A stretch of 64,000 bases of DNA from Burkholderiaceae bacterium. GTDB taxonomy: Bacteria; Pseudomonadota; Gammaproteobacteria; Burkholderiales; Burkholderiaceae_C. Within the stretch, counting starts at the first letter, position 1; the number at the start of each line of letters is the position of its first letter. Below are positions 38,141-49,519 of the stretch, one piece after another. The notes beneath the pieces were generated by a model. The model worked only from the letters and a program-made list of their open reading frames with translations, made no database searches and had not been told where the DNA came from. The position numbers and the translations under genes were made by a program. The stretch lies in assembly GCA_041920215.1 (NCBI GenBank), contig JAYRSJ010000002.1, positions 191,568-255,567 of the forward strand, given 5' to 3'.

Positions 38141-40507
38141 ATGCGAGCGCTGGACCGCAAGCTGTGGCGCGATCTGCGCCTGCTGTGGAGCCAGGCGCTG
38201 ACGATCGCGCTGGTGGTGGCCAGCGGCATGGGCGGCTTCCTGACCTGTCTGTCGGCGGTCGAGTCGCTGCAGCTGGCGCGCGAGCGCTTCTATGCCGAGG
38301 GGCACTTCGCCGATCTGTTCGCCAGCGTCAAGCGCGCGCCGACGGCGCTCTTGCCGCGCCTGCGCGAGACGCCCGGCGTGGCCGATGTGCAGCTGACGCT
38401 GGAGCAGCTGGTGCGGCTGGACCTGCCCGGCGTGATTGACCCGGTGCTGGGCCAGCTGATCGGCCTGGATGCGCGCGACCCGCCGCGGCTGAACCTGCCC
38501 TTCATCGCCAGCGGCCGGGCACTGAGCCCGCAGCCGCCCAGCGACGGCCGCATCGAGGTGCTGGTCTCGGCCGGCTTTGCCGATGCCCGCGGCCTGGTGC
38601 CCGGCAGCCGGCTGGCGGCCCTGATCAACGGCCGCCAGCGCGAGCTGCTGGTGGTGGGCACGGTGCTGAGCCCGGAATTCATCTTCGCCGGCCTGGGCGG
38701 CATGCCCGATCTGCGGGGCTTCGGCGTGCTGTGGCTGGACCGCGAGATCCTGGCCGGCGCCTACGATATGCGCGGCGCCTTCAACCGGGCCAGCGTCAAG
38801 CTGGCGCCCGGCGCCCGTGAGGCCGAGGTCAAGGCGGCGCTGGCGCCCTTGCTGCGCCCCTATGGCGGCCGCGAGATCCATGGCCGCGACGAGCAGAGCT
38901 CGCATGCGATGCTGGACAACGAGATCAACGAGATGCGGGTGCTGGGCACGGTGCTGCCGGTGATCTTCCTGGGCGTGGCGGCCTTCCTGCTGAACGTGGT
39001 GCTGTCGCGCCTGGTCAATACCCAGCGCGAGCAGGTGGCGGCGCTGAAGGCGCTGGGCTATCCGAACCGCAGCATCGCGGCCCATTACCTGAAGCTGGTG
39101 CTGCTGATCGTCGGCGCGGGTCTGCTGCTGGGCCTGGCCCTGGGCAAGCAGCTGGGCCTGCTGCTGCTGGGCCTCTATGTGGACTTCTTCCGTTTCAAGA
39201 CCTTTGTGCACGAGATGCCGGCCGGCCTGGTGCTTATCAGCGCCGGCGTCAGTCTGGCGATGGCGGTGCTGGGCACGCTCAGCGCGGTAGGCGCCACCGT
39301 GCGGCTGGCGCCGGCCGAGGCGATGCGGCCGGCGGCGCCGGGCCGCTACCGCCGCGGTCTGCTGGAGCGCCTGCCGCTGATAGGCCGCAGCCTGGTGCTG
39401 CGCATGATCGCCCGCCAGCTCGAGCGCCGGCCCTGGCGCAGCCTGGCCGGTGTGATCGGGGTGGCGGTGGCGGTGGCCATCGTGGTGCTGGGCAACTTCT
39501 TTCGCGATGCGATCGACCATATCGTCGACGCCCAGTTCAATGTCAGCATGCGCGGCGATCTGACGGTCTGGATGGCCGAGGCCCAGGGCGAGGCCACCCG
39601 CCATGAGCTGGCCCGGCTGCCGGGCGTGCTGGCGGTGGAGCCGGGCCGCGATGTGGCGGTGCGCTTCATCCACGGGCCGCGCAGCGAGCGCGGCAGCATC
39701 CAGGGACTGCCCGAGCAGCCCGAGCTGCGCCGCATCGTCGATGTGGACGGTCGCGCGGCCCGGCCCGGCGGCAGCGGCCTGCTGATGACCGACCGTCTGG
39801 CTGCCAAGCTGGGCCTGCGGGTCGGGGAGCTGGTGCAGGTGGAGCTGCTGGAGGGTCGACCGCGCCTGCTGGAGATTCCGCTGGAGGCCACGGTGCGCGA
39901 GATGATGGGGCTCAACGCCTATCTGGAGCGCCGCGCGCTCAACCGCCTGCTGGGCGAGGGCGATGTGGCCTCGCAGTTCGCACTGGCGCTGGAGCGTGGC
40001 AGCGAGCCGGCGTTGCTGCAGGCGCTCAAGCGCCTGCCCAAGGTGGTGGGCAGCTTCAGCAAGGCCACGCTGCTGCGCAATATGCAGGAGATCAGCGCGC
40101 GCAATGTGCGCATCATGAGCACCATACTGACCGCCTTTGCCAGCGTGATCGCGGTGGGCGTGGTCTACAACAATGCCCGCATCGCGCTGGCCGAGCGCGC
40201 CTGGGAGCTGGCCTCGCTGCGGGTGCTGGGCTTCAGCCGCGCCGAGGTCTCGGCCCTGCTGCTGGGCGAGATGGCGCTGCTGATCGCGCTGGCCCTGCCG
40301 CTGGGCATGCTGCTGGGCTGGGGGCTGACCCATGGCCTGGTGGGGCTGATGGCCTCGGACCAGTTCCTGTTCCCGGTGGTGATACAGCCGCGCACCTATG
40401 CCTGGGCCGCGCTGGCGGTGGTGCTGGCCGGCATGGGCAGCGCCCTGGTGGTGCGGCGGCGCATCGACCGCCTGGACATGGTGGCGGCGCTGAAAACAAG
40501 GGAGTGA
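38141..40507 (+). CDS. ABC transporter permease with duplicated FtsX domains (YbbP-like, MacB-type)
   Basis: 788 aa. It has two modules of TM1, a large periplasmic domain and three further TM helices. 'ALKALGYPNRSIAAHYL' and 'LRVLGFSRAEVSALLLGE' are the FtsX-domain signature helices. Confidence 0.85.
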   Translation: MRALDRKLWRDLRLLWSQALTIALVVASGMGGFLTCLSAVESLQLARERFYAEGHFADLFASVKRAPTALLPRLRETPGVADVQLTLEQLVRLDLPGVIDPVLGQLIGLDARDPPRLNLPFIASGRALSPQPPSDGRIEVLVSAGFADARGLVPGSRLAALINGRQRELLVVGTVLSPEFIFAGLGGMPDLRGFGVLWLDREILAGAYDMRGAFNRASVKLAPGAREAEVKAALAPLLRPYGGREIHGRDEQSSHAMLDNEINEMRVLGTVLPVIFLGVAAFLLNVVLSRLVNTQREQVAALKALGYPNRSIAAHYLKLVLLIVGAGLLLGLALGKQLGLLLLGLYVDFFRFKTFVHEMPAGLVLISAGVSLAMAVLGTLSAVGATVRLAPAEAMRPAAPGRYRRGLLERLPLIGRSLVLRMIARQLERRPWRSLAGVIGVAVAVAIVVLGNFFRDAIDHIVDAQFNVSMRGDLTVWMAEAQGEATRHELARLPGVLAVEPGRDVAVRFIHGPRSERGSIQGLPEQPELRRIVDVDGRAARPGGSGLLMTDRLAAKLGLRVGELVQVELLEGRPRLLEIPLEATVREMMGLNAYLERRALNRLLGEGDVASQFALALERGSEPALLQALKRLPKVVGSFSKATLLRNMQEISARNVRIMSTILTAFASVIAVGVVYNNARIALAERAWELASLRVLGFSRAEVSALLLGEMALLIALALPLGMLLGWGLTHGLVGLMASDQFLFPVVIQPRTYAWAALAVVLAGMGSALVVRRRIDRLDMVAALKTRE

Positions 40508-40514
40508 ACAAGCG

Positions 40515-41711
40515 ATGCAGACGAGGAACAAATGGTGGCTGGCCGGCCTGCTGCTGGGCGGCGCGGCCCTGCTGGCCTGGGCCTTCGCGCCGCGGCCGGT
40601 GCTGGTGGAGCTGGCGCAGGCGAGCACCGGCCGCTTCGAGGCCGGCATCGAGGAGGACGGCAAGACCCGGGTCAGCGATCGCTATACCGTCAGCGCGCCG
40701 CTGGCCGGCCGCTGGCTGCGCCCCAGCCTGCGCGAGGGCGACGCGCTGCAGGCCGGTGCGGTGCTGGGCTGGATGCAGGCGGCCCCCAGCGGGCTGACCG
40801 ACGCGCGCAGCCGTGCCCAGCTGGCCGCGCGCGCCGCGGCCGCGGCCGCCGGCGTGCAGGCCGCGCAGGCGCGCGAGCGCGGTGCGCAGACGGCGCTGGC
40901 CGAGGCCCGGCTGGCGGTTCAGCGCAACGATCAGCTGGCGGCCCAGGGCTTTGTGGCCGACAGTCAGCGCGACAGCGCCCGCCTGGCCCTGCAGCGCGCC
41001 GAGCAGCAGCAGCTCAGCAGCGCGGCGGAGTTGAGCGTGGCGCGCCAGGAGCTGGCCCAGGCGCGCGCCGCGCTGGACCTGGCCGGCGCCGAGAACAGCG
41101 CCGAGCGCCTCGCGCTGAAGGCGCCGATCGCCGGCCAGGTGCTGCGCATCCATCAGGCCAGCGAGGCGGTGCTGGGCCTGGGCACGCCGCTGCTGGAGCT
41201 GGGCGATGTCAGCCGGCTGGAGGTGGTGGCCGAGCTGCTCAGCAGCGATGCGCTGCAGCTGCGCCCCGGCCAGCCGGTGCGCATCGAGCGCTGGGGCGGG
41301 CCGGGCACGCTGGCGGGCCAGGTGCTGCGGGTGGAGCCGGGCGCCTTCACCAAGGTCTCGGCCCTGGGTGTGGAGGAGCAGCGGGTGCGGGTGGTGGTGG
41401 GCTTCACCGGCACGCCCGAGCAGCGCGCCGGTCTGGGCGATGGCTACCGGGTGGTGCTGACCCTCGTCACCCGCAGCGCCGAGCAGGCCCTGCTGGTGCC
41501 GGTCAGCGCGGTCTTCCCCTGGCCGGGCGGCAAGGCCGGCCAGCATGGGGTCTACACGCTCAGCGGCGGCCGGGCCCGTCTGGTGCAGGTGCAGCTGGAG
41601 GCCCGCAATGCCAGCCAGGCCTGGCTGCGCAGCGGGCTCAAGCCCGGCGACCCGGTGGTGGTCTACCCGCCCTTGACGCTGGCGGACGGGGTGCGAGCCA
41701 AGGCGCGCTGA
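40515..41711 (+). CDS. HlyD-family periplasmic adaptor (membrane fusion protein)
   Basis: 398 aa with an N-terminal TM anchor and a biotinyl-lipoyl-like motif ('VSAPLAGRWL', 'LKAPIAGQVLRI') flanking a long Ala/Gln-rich coiled-coil hairpin. Confidence 0.85.
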   Translation: MQTRNKWWLAGLLLGGAALLAWAFAPRPVLVELAQASTGRFEAGIEEDGKTRVSDRYTVSAPLAGRWLRPSLREGDALQAGAVLGWMQAAPSGLTDARSRAQLAARAAAAAAGVQAAQARERGAQTALAEARLAVQRNDQLAAQGFVADSQRDSARLALQRAEQQQLSSAAELSVARQELAQARAALDLAGAENSAERLALKAPIAGQVLRIHQASEAVLGLGTPLLELGDVSRLEVVAELLSSDALQLRPGQPVRIERWGGPGTLAGQVLRVEPGAFTKVSALGVEEQRVRVVVGFTGTPEQRAGLGDGYRVVLTLVTRSAEQALLVPVSAVFPWPGGKAGQHGVYTLSGGRARLVQVQLEARNASQAWLRSGLKPGDPVVVYPPLTLADGVRAKAR

Positions 41712-41732
41712 GCCGGGACAGGCACTCAGCGC
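41705..41732. terminator. Inverted repeat spanning the convergent stop codons (possible bidirectional terminator hairpin)
   Basis: GCGCTGAG-N12-CTCAGCGC. The stop codons of the HlyD gene and the rhodanese gene lie inside the two arms. There is no U-tract. Confidence 0.3.
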
Positions 41733-43375
41733 ACGAGCATCCTGACACCGGCATAGCCCATCAAGCGCAGCAGCACATAGCCAACGGCGGCCTCACCGGC
41801 ATCCTCGCCGACGCTGACGATCTGCGCATGGCGCGGCAGACCGGCCCTGGACAGCAGGCTCCAGAGCTCATGCGCCGGCTTGGGCCGGCCACCGGCATCG
41901 AGCAGCTGCTCATAGGGCAGGTGCACGGTCTTGCCCGGCAGCGCGGGGCCGGGCGGCTGTGCGCCCAGGGCCAGATAGACCCGGGGCAGTCCCGGTCCGG
42001 CCGCTTCGGCACCGCGCAGCAGCACCTTGCGGGGCGCCGCCTGGTAGGCAAGCGGCGTGATCGTCGGGTCCAGCGCCGATTTCTTCGCGCCGACCCGTGT
42101 CGGCTCCTTGCTCAGACTCAGTCCGCGCAGGCCCCAGTCGTCGACCGAGTCCAGCAACAGTGAGACCTGGCGCTGGCCCAGTTGCTCCAGCAGTGCGAAT
42201 ACCAGGGCCGAGCGCTTGTTGAGCCCGCCCTCGGAGACGATCACCGCCTCATGCGCCGGGTCGACACCGGCCGGGCCCAGCAGCGCGGCCAGGCGTTCCG
42301 GGCGGGCCAGGTCTTGCTGGAAGCGTTCGGCCGGCAGGCTCAAGGCAAATGGCAGATGGCCCAGCGCATAGGCCTCGGCCGGGCGCACATCGATGATGCT
42401 GATCGGGCTGTGGCTGAAGGTGCGCAGCATGGTGTTGCTGAAGCCGTTGAGCCAGTCGGCATCGCGCAGCAGGGCCGGGGCCGCATAGCTCCACAGCGGC
42501 AGGCCGCGCGGGTCCTCCAGCCATTCCCTCTGCGAGCCCTGGTAGAGCGCGACGCGCGGATAGCCGAGCAGGAACTTCAGCGCGAAATAGGGCACGCTGG
42601 CGGCCACGCCACCGCCGCAATAGCTGTAGACCTGCTGCTCGCGGCGCACGCCCAGATGGGCCATCAAGGCCTCCAGCTCGGCGCGTGGCTTGAAGGTCTT
42701 GTCGGACCGGAAGAAATCGTCGGTCGGTGTCAGCAGCGCATGCGGCACATGGCCGCCGCGGCTGAAGAACTTGGCGCCGCCGTAGTAGTAGGGCGGGTCC
42801 AGCGCCTCCAGCAGGGCATGGCCTTGGGGATCGCCCGCGCCTGCGAGGAACTCGGGCAGGCGCGCACGGACCTCCTCGCGCAGTGCGCCCACCCGCAGAT
42901 CGCCGGGCGGTGGGGCGGGCGTGGGCTCGCGGGTGACCGGGCCCTGGGCCGCCTGCCAGGCTGCCAGCCCGCCGTCCAGCAGACGCAGGCGCGCGGGATC
43001 CACGCCATGGCGGTAGAGCTCGTAGAAGATCCAGGGCGCCATCATCGCGCCGCCCTGGTCGTGGATCACGATCAGGCGTTCACCCTCGCTGAGACCCCAG
43101 CTGCGCAGCCGCGCCTGCATGCCGGCGGCGTCGAGCTCGCGCGAGCCGTAGCGATAGAAGTCCACGCTGATGGCCCCGGGTATGTGGCCGGCCGCATGCA
43201 GGGGGGTGGGCGAGGCGTCCAGCACCAGGGGCGGGGCGGGGCTGGCCAGGGCCTGGCGCAGCCAGGCGGCATCGACCAGGGGGCTGGCGGCGCGGGCCGC
43301 CAGTCCGGTGCCCAGCAGCAGTCCGACCATGGCGGGCAGGAGGCAACGCCGCAGGCTCAGCAGAAGTCGCATCAT
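41726..43375 (-). CDS. Secreted sulfurtransferase-like protein with four rhodanese domains
   Basis: Start at 'MMRLLLSL...' (43375) with signal peptide '...GLAARAASP'. Repeated 'HIPGA..', 'GHVPHA' and 'GHLPFA' motifs mark the rhodanese modules. Only module 2 has an active-site loop Cys ('YCGGGVAAS'). Confidence 0.75.
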   Translation of the reverse strand: MMRLLLSLRRCLLPAMVGLLLGTGLAARAASPLVDAAWLRQALASPAPPLVLDASPTPLHAAGHIPGAISVDFYRYGSRELDAAGMQARLRSWGLSEGERLIVIHDQGGAMMAPWIFYELYRHGVDPARLRLLDGGLAAWQAAQGPVTREPTPAPPPGDLRVGALREEVRARLPEFLAGAGDPQGHALLEALDPPYYYGGAKFFSRGGHVPHALLTPTDDFFRSDKTFKPRAELEALMAHLGVRREQQVYSYCGGGVAASVPYFALKFLLGYPRVALYQGSQREWLEDPRGLPLWSYAAPALLRDADWLNGFSNTMLRTFSHSPISIIDVRPAEAYALGHLPFALSLPAERFQQDLARPERLAALLGPAGVDPAHEAVIVSEGGLNKRSALVFALLEQLGQRQVSLLLDSVDDWGLRGLSLSKEPTRVGAKKSALDPTITPLAYQAAPRKVLLRGAEAAGPGLPRVYLALGAQPPGPALPGKTVHLPYEQLLDAGGRPKPAHELWSLLSRAGLPRHAQIVSVGEDAGEAAVGYVLLRLMGYAGVRMLVR

Positions 43376-43508
43376 CGAAGGGCTCCTTGATTGGCAAGCC
43401 GGCACTATCGGTCTGCGCACCGCGGGCGGGCCAGGCCATGGCGACAGACCGTCTGCCCGCGTGCACCAGCTGCGGCCGGCGCTGACAGTCCGCGCTTTCC
43501 CGGGGGGC

Positions 43509-44720
43509 TCAGAGGGGGTTCGCCAGCAGCAACTGGTTCAATGCCTTCATCAGCGGGTAGGGGTAGTGATCGATGTCGTTGGAAGCGGTGAAGATGAAGA
43601 GCTGCTGCTCCGGGTAGTAGTCGAAGGTGGCGTAGGCGTAGCCGTTGGAGCCGCTGTGGGTGATTCTGAGGCTGCCGCCTCGGGTCTGGGCGAGCAGCCA
43701 GCCGTAGCCGTAGTAGGCAGTCCTCTCGGCGTTCTCTGCGATATGAGGTTTGAACATCTGGGTCCAGGAGCTCTGGCGCAGGATCTGGCCGCTGCTCATG
43801 GCCACCGACCAGGCATGCATGTCCTTCGCGGTAGACATGAAGCCGCCGGCCCCTTCGAACCAGCGCCGGCCGGGAGACTGCCGCAGGTGCTGCAAGGAAT
43901 CGCCCACGCTGCGACTGCTGGCCTTGAGGCCCAGCCAGCGTTGCAGCCAGCTCGGATCGGCGCCGTAGTTGATGGCCAGCCGTGCCTGCGGCACGGCCAG
44001 CAAGCGGTAGCCGGTCTCGCTCAGTCCGGCGGGCAGCAGGATGTTGTGGCGGATGAAGCTCTCCCACTCCTGGCCGGAGACCCGCTCGATGATCTGTGCC
44101 AGCAGGCTGTAGCCGATGTTGGAATAGTGGTAGCGCTCGCCTGGCGCCGCAAGCAGCTTCTGCGCCAGGATCTCGGCGCTGAGCTGGCTGGCGTCGACCC
44201 GGTCATAGAGCTCGCGACCCGGCAGACCGGCTGGCAGGCCCGATGCATGGCTCAGCAAATGGTGCACGGTGATGGCCTGCTTGTCAGCGGGCACCTTCGG
44301 GAAGTAGCTGCCCAGCGGAGCGTCCAGGGACAGCTTGCCCTGCTCCACCAGCAGCATGATGGCGGTGGCAGTGAACTGTTTGGTCAGCGAGCCGATGTCG
44401 AATACCGTGTGCGCGTCGAAGGGGCGCTGGCTGTCCCGGTCCGACTGGCCGAAGCCGCGGTGATAGATGACCGAGCCGGCTCTGGCGATCAGGACCGTGC
44501 CCGAGAAGGCAGACTGTTGCAGCGTCTGCTGCCAGGCCTGAAGGGCCGCCGGGACGGGGCTCGTCGCCCGCGCCGGACCACAGGTCGCGATGTACAGGAT
44601 CAGCGCCGCAATCAGGGTTGCGCAAAGTCCGAAACCGGGCCGTGCAGAACGCGATGCTCGTGGATGGCGCCAGGGCATGGATTCGGAAACCTGCACAGCG
44701 GCGGGCAGGGGCAGGGTCAT
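43509..44720 (-). CDS. Serine hydrolase, beta-lactamase class C-like / esterase family (PF00144-type)
   Basis: 403 aa with a signal peptide. S-x-x-K 'GSLTKQF' and Y-x-N 'YSNIGY' are present. Codon usage is visibly more A/T-ending than in the flanking genes. Confidence 0.8.
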   Translation of the reverse strand: MTLPLPAAVQVSESMPWRHPRASRSARPGFGLCATLIAALILYIATCGPARATSPVPAALQAWQQTLQQSAFSGTVLIARAGSVIYHRGFGQSDRDSQRPFDAHTVFDIGSLTKQFTATAIMLLVEQGKLSLDAPLGSYFPKVPADKQAITVHHLLSHASGLPAGLPGRELYDRVDASQLSAEILAQKLLAAPGERYHYSNIGYSLLAQIIERVSGQEWESFIRHNILLPAGLSETGYRLLAVPQARLAINYGADPSWLQRWLGLKASSRSVGDSLQHLRQSPGRRWFEGAGGFMSTAKDMHAWSVAMSSGQILRQSSWTQMFKPHIAENAERTAYYGYGWLLAQTRGGSLRITHSGSNGYAYATFDYYPEQQLFIFTASNDIDHYPYPLMKALNQLLLANPL

Positions 44721-44909
44721 GGATCGGCTCCGAGGGGGAAGGCCGCTACTATCGCGACGCTGGCGCTTGCGTGCCAGCGCGGAATGACGGACCGTCGCCC
44801 GCCCGGCCTGGTCTGCAGCAAGCCGTGACGGACGGTGGCCAGCCCGGCTCAGTCGGCTCCAGGGCCGCGGCTGCCTAGGGGTTCTCGACCTGCTGCAGTT
44901 GGGCAGACA

Positions 44910-46454
44910 TCAGGGCAGCACGACGATGCTGCCCTCGCGCTGCACCAGCCTTGCCAGCTCGCCGGCAAACACCAGCTCGGTCGCACGCTCGATGTCCGGG
45001 GCCAGATAGTGGTCCTCGGGCATGGGCGGGCAGACCTTGCGCACCATCGCATGCACCTCTTCGAGCGCGCGCGAGCTCTTCAGCGGGCGCAGGAACTCGA
45101 TGCCTTGCGCGGCCGCCAGCAGCTCGATGCCGATGATGTGGGCGGTGTTGTCCAGCATCGCGCCCAGGCGGCGCGCGCCGAAGGTGGCCATGCTCACATG
45201 GTCCTCCTGGTTGGCGCTGGTGGGCAGGCTGTCGACGCTGGCCGGGTGGGCCAGGCTCTTGTTCTCGCTGGCCAGCGCGGCGGCTGTCACATGCGCGATC
45301 ATGAAGCCGGAGTTAAGCCCGGCGTTCTCGGTCAGGAAGGGCGGCAGGCGCGAGACGCTGGTGTCGATCAGCATCGCGATGCGGCGCTCGGCGATGGCGC
45401 CGACCTCGGCGATCGCGCAGGCCAGCGCATCGGCGGCCAGGGCCACCGGCTCGGCGTGGAAGTTGCCGCCGGACACCATATAGGCGCTGCCGTCCGCGTT
45501 GGCGAAGACCAGCGGGTTGTCGGTGACCGCATTCGCTTCGCGCAAGAGCACATCGCGCACATAGCGTGCCTGGTCGAGGCAGGCGCCCATGACCTGGGGC
45601 TGGCAGCGCAGGCAGTAAGGGTCCTGGACCCGCTCGTCGCCCTCGCGGTGCGAGGCACGGATCTCGCTGCCGGCCAGGATCTGCCGGTAGGCCTGGGCGG
45701 CCTCGATCTGGCCGGGCTGGCCACGCACCGCATGGATGCGCGGATCGAAGGGGCCATCGCTGCCGCGCGCCGCATCCAGGCTCAGCGCGCCCGAGACGAT
45801 GGCCGAGGCATAGACCTTCTCAAAACGCAGCAGGCCTTCCAGCGCCAGCGCGGTCGAGGTCTGGGTGCCGTTGATCAGGGCCAGGCCTTCCTTGGCCTGC
45901 AGCACCAGCGGTCGGACGCCGGCCTTTTCCAGCTCGGGGCCGGCAGGTTTGCGTTCTCCATCCACCAGCATCTCGCCCTCGCCCATCAGCGCCAGGGTCA
46001 TATGCGACAGCGGCGCCAGATCGCCCGAGGCGCCGACCGAGCCTTGCGCCGGCACATAGGGCACGAGGCCGGCGTTGAAGGCGTCGAGCAGGCATTGCAC
46101 GACCTCCTCGCGCACGCCGGAGAAGCCGCGCGCGAGGGACGCCGCCTTGGTGGCCAGCATCAGGCGCACGACGCTGGGCTGCAGCGGCGCGCCGACGCCG
46201 ACGCAATGCGAACGGATCAGGTTGCGCTGCAGCGTGGCCAGCTCCTCCTTGCTGATGCGCTTGCTGGCCAGCTTGCCGAAGCCGGTGTTGACGCCGTAGA
46301 CCGGCGCGTCGCCAGCGGCCGCGGCCTGCACCACGGCGGCGCTGCGGCGGATGGTTTCGGCGGCGCTGGCGTGCAGGCTCAGCGTCACCTGGCCGTTGCG
46401 GATGCTGCGCAGTTGTTCGAGGCTCAGTTCGCCCGGGGTGATTTCCAAGTTCAT
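44910..46454 (-). CDS. hutH: Histidine ammonia-lyase
   Basis: 514 aa. '[12 protein letters not shown]' and the MIO-forming '[14 protein letters not shown]' motif are present. Confidence 0.96.
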   Translation of the reverse strand: MNLEITPGELSLEQLRSIRNGQVTLSLHASAAETIRRSAAVVQAAAAGDAPVYGVNTGFGKLASKRISKEELATLQRNLIRSHCVGVGAPLQPSVVRLMLATKAASLARGFSGVREEVVQCLLDAFNAGLVPYVPAQGSVGASGDLAPLSHMTLALMGEGEMLVDGERKPAGPELEKAGVRPLVLQAKEGLALINGTQTSTALALEGLLRFEKVYASAIVSGALSLDAARGSDGPFDPRIHAVRGQPGQIEAAQAYRQILAGSEIRASHREGDERVQDPYCLRCQPQVMGACLDQARYVRDVLLREANAVTDNPLVFANADGSAYMVSGGNFHAEPVALAADALACAIAEVGAIAERRIAMLIDTSVSRLPPFLTENAGLNSGFMIAHVTAAALASENKSLAHPASVDSLPTSANQEDHVSMATFGARRLGAMLDNTAHIIGIELLAAAQGIEFLRPLKSSRALEEVHAMVRKVCPPMPEDHYLAPDIERATELVFAGELARLVQREGSIVVLP

Positions 46455-46467
46455 CGTCTTTTCCTTT

Positions 46468-48150
<1,683 letters not shown>

Positions 48151-48201
48151 GCTTGTCTCCGGGTCGGGAAGGAAGGTCATGGGACGAATGGAGCGGACTC
48201 T

Positions 48202-48217
48202 AGTTGTCTATACAAGT
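48202..48217. promoter_or_regulatory. Candidate HutC operator in the hutU / hutC divergent promoter region
   Basis: AGTTGTCTATACAAGT is a near-perfect palindrome containing the TGT-N-TA-N-ACA core typical of HutC/GntR-family operators. It sits in the only AT-rich stretch between the two start codons. Confidence 0.5.
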
Positions 48218-48239
48218 AAAGTCAACTACCATTCGGACC

Positions 48240-48962
48240 ATGGCACGCAAAGCACCGCTGGGACCCGAACCGCAGTACCTCAAGGTCAAGAACCATCTGC
48301 GCGATGGCATCGCCAGCGGCCGCTGGGTGGCCGGCGATCTGCTGCCCTCGGAAGCCGAGCTGGGCGCGCAGTTCGAGCTCAGCCGCATGACGGTCAACCG
48401 CGCGCTGCGCGAGCTGATGCAGGAGGGCATGATCGAGCGGGTGCAGGGCGTGGGCACCTTCGTGGCCCAGCTGCATCGCATCTCGTCGACGCTGACGGTG
48501 CGCGATGTGCATGAGGAAATCGCCGAGCGCGGCCACCGGCACGAGGCCCGGCTGCACCGGCTGGAGACCCTGGTGGCGACGGCCGAGCAGGCGGCGCTGC
48601 TGGGTTTGCAAGCGGGTGTAAAGCTGTTCCACTCGCTGATCGTGCATCTGGAGAATGGCGTCCCCATTCAATGCGAGGACCGTCTTGTGAACCCGGCTTG
48701 TGCGCCCGACTACCTGGGCCTGGACTTTGCCCATACCACCCCCACCCACTATCTGCTGGAGGTGGCGCCGCTGTCCGAGGCCCGCTACACGATCGAATCG
48801 ACCCTGCCCGGCGAGCTGGAGGCCAAGCTGCTGGGTATAGGCAAGCGCGAGCCCTGTCTGGTGGTCAAGCGCTGTACCTACAGCCGGGGTCAGGCCGTGA
48901 CCTGGGTGCGGCTGACCCATCCGGGCAGTCGCTATCAGTTGCAAGGGGGATTTCAGGCATGA
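48240..48962 (+). CDS. hutC: Histidine utilisation repressor (GntR/HutC family)
   Basis: Trimmed to 'MARKAPLGPEPQYLKVKNHLRDGIASG' at 48240. The 'LPSEAELGAQFELSRMTVNRALRELMQEG' wHTH is followed by a UTRA C-terminal domain. Confidence 0.9.
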   Translation: MARKAPLGPEPQYLKVKNHLRDGIASGRWVAGDLLPSEAELGAQFELSRMTVNRALRELMQEGMIERVQGVGTFVAQLHRISSTLTVRDVHEEIAERGHRHEARLHRLETLVATAEQAALLGLQAGVKLFHSLIVHLENGVPIQCEDRLVNPACAPDYLGLDFAHTTPTHYLLEVAPLSEARYTIESTLPGELEAKLLGIGKREPCLVVKRCTYSRGQAVTWVRLTHPGSRYQLQGGFQA

Positions 48963-49519
48963 GCTGGAGCATCATCAGCGCCGAGCAGGTGCAGCCACAG
49001 GCCTGGCGCAACGGCGGCGGCCAGACCCGCGAGCTGCTGGCCTGGCCCCATGCGCATGATTGGGCGCTGCGCATCAGCGTGGCCGACATCACGCGCGACG
49101 GCCCCTTCTCGGCCTTTCCCGGCGTGCAGCGCTGGTTCGCGGTGCTGCAGGGCATGGGCGTGCAGCTGTTCGAGTACGAGATGCGGGTGGGCGACGAGCT
49201 GCTGCGCTTCGACGGCGCGCTGGCGCCCGATTGCACGCTGATCAAGGGCCCCACCCGCGACTTCAATCTGATGCACCGCGAGGGCCGCGGTCGGCTGCAG
49301 GTGGAGCCCGCCACCCATGCGCTGCTGCCGCAGGGCTCGGCCGGCGGCAAGGCCGCCTGGGTGGGCCTGTTCAGCGCCGAGGGCGGGCTGCTGACCCATG
49401 GCGCCCGTGCGATGCCGCTGCGGCCGCTGAGCCTGGCCTGGTGCGAGGCGCCTGCGGTGCAGAGCTGCGATTTCGTCGGCGAGGGCGCTGCCTGGTGGAT
49501 GCAGTGGGAGTCGGCATGA
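48959..49519 (+). CDS. hutD: HutD-family protein
   Basis: The ATG at 48959 overlaps the hutC stop (ATGA). '[14 protein letters not shown]', '[16 protein letters not shown]' and 'DFNLM' are HutD (PF05962) signatures. Confidence 0.85.
   Translation: MSWSIISAEQVQPQAWRNGGGQTRELLAWPHAHDWALRISVADITRDGPFSAFPGVQRWFAVLQGMGVQLFEYEMRVGDELLRFDGALAPDCTLIKGPTRDFNLMHREGRGRLQVEPATHALLPQGSAGGKAAWVGLFSAEGGLLTHGARAMPLRPLSLAWCEAPAVQSCDFVGEGAAWWMQWESA

Noticed and set aside
38054-40663. 869-aa minus-strand ORF
   Set aside because: It is antisense to the double-FtsX permease, has a low-complexity Gln/Ala/Arg/His composition, and has no recognisable domain.
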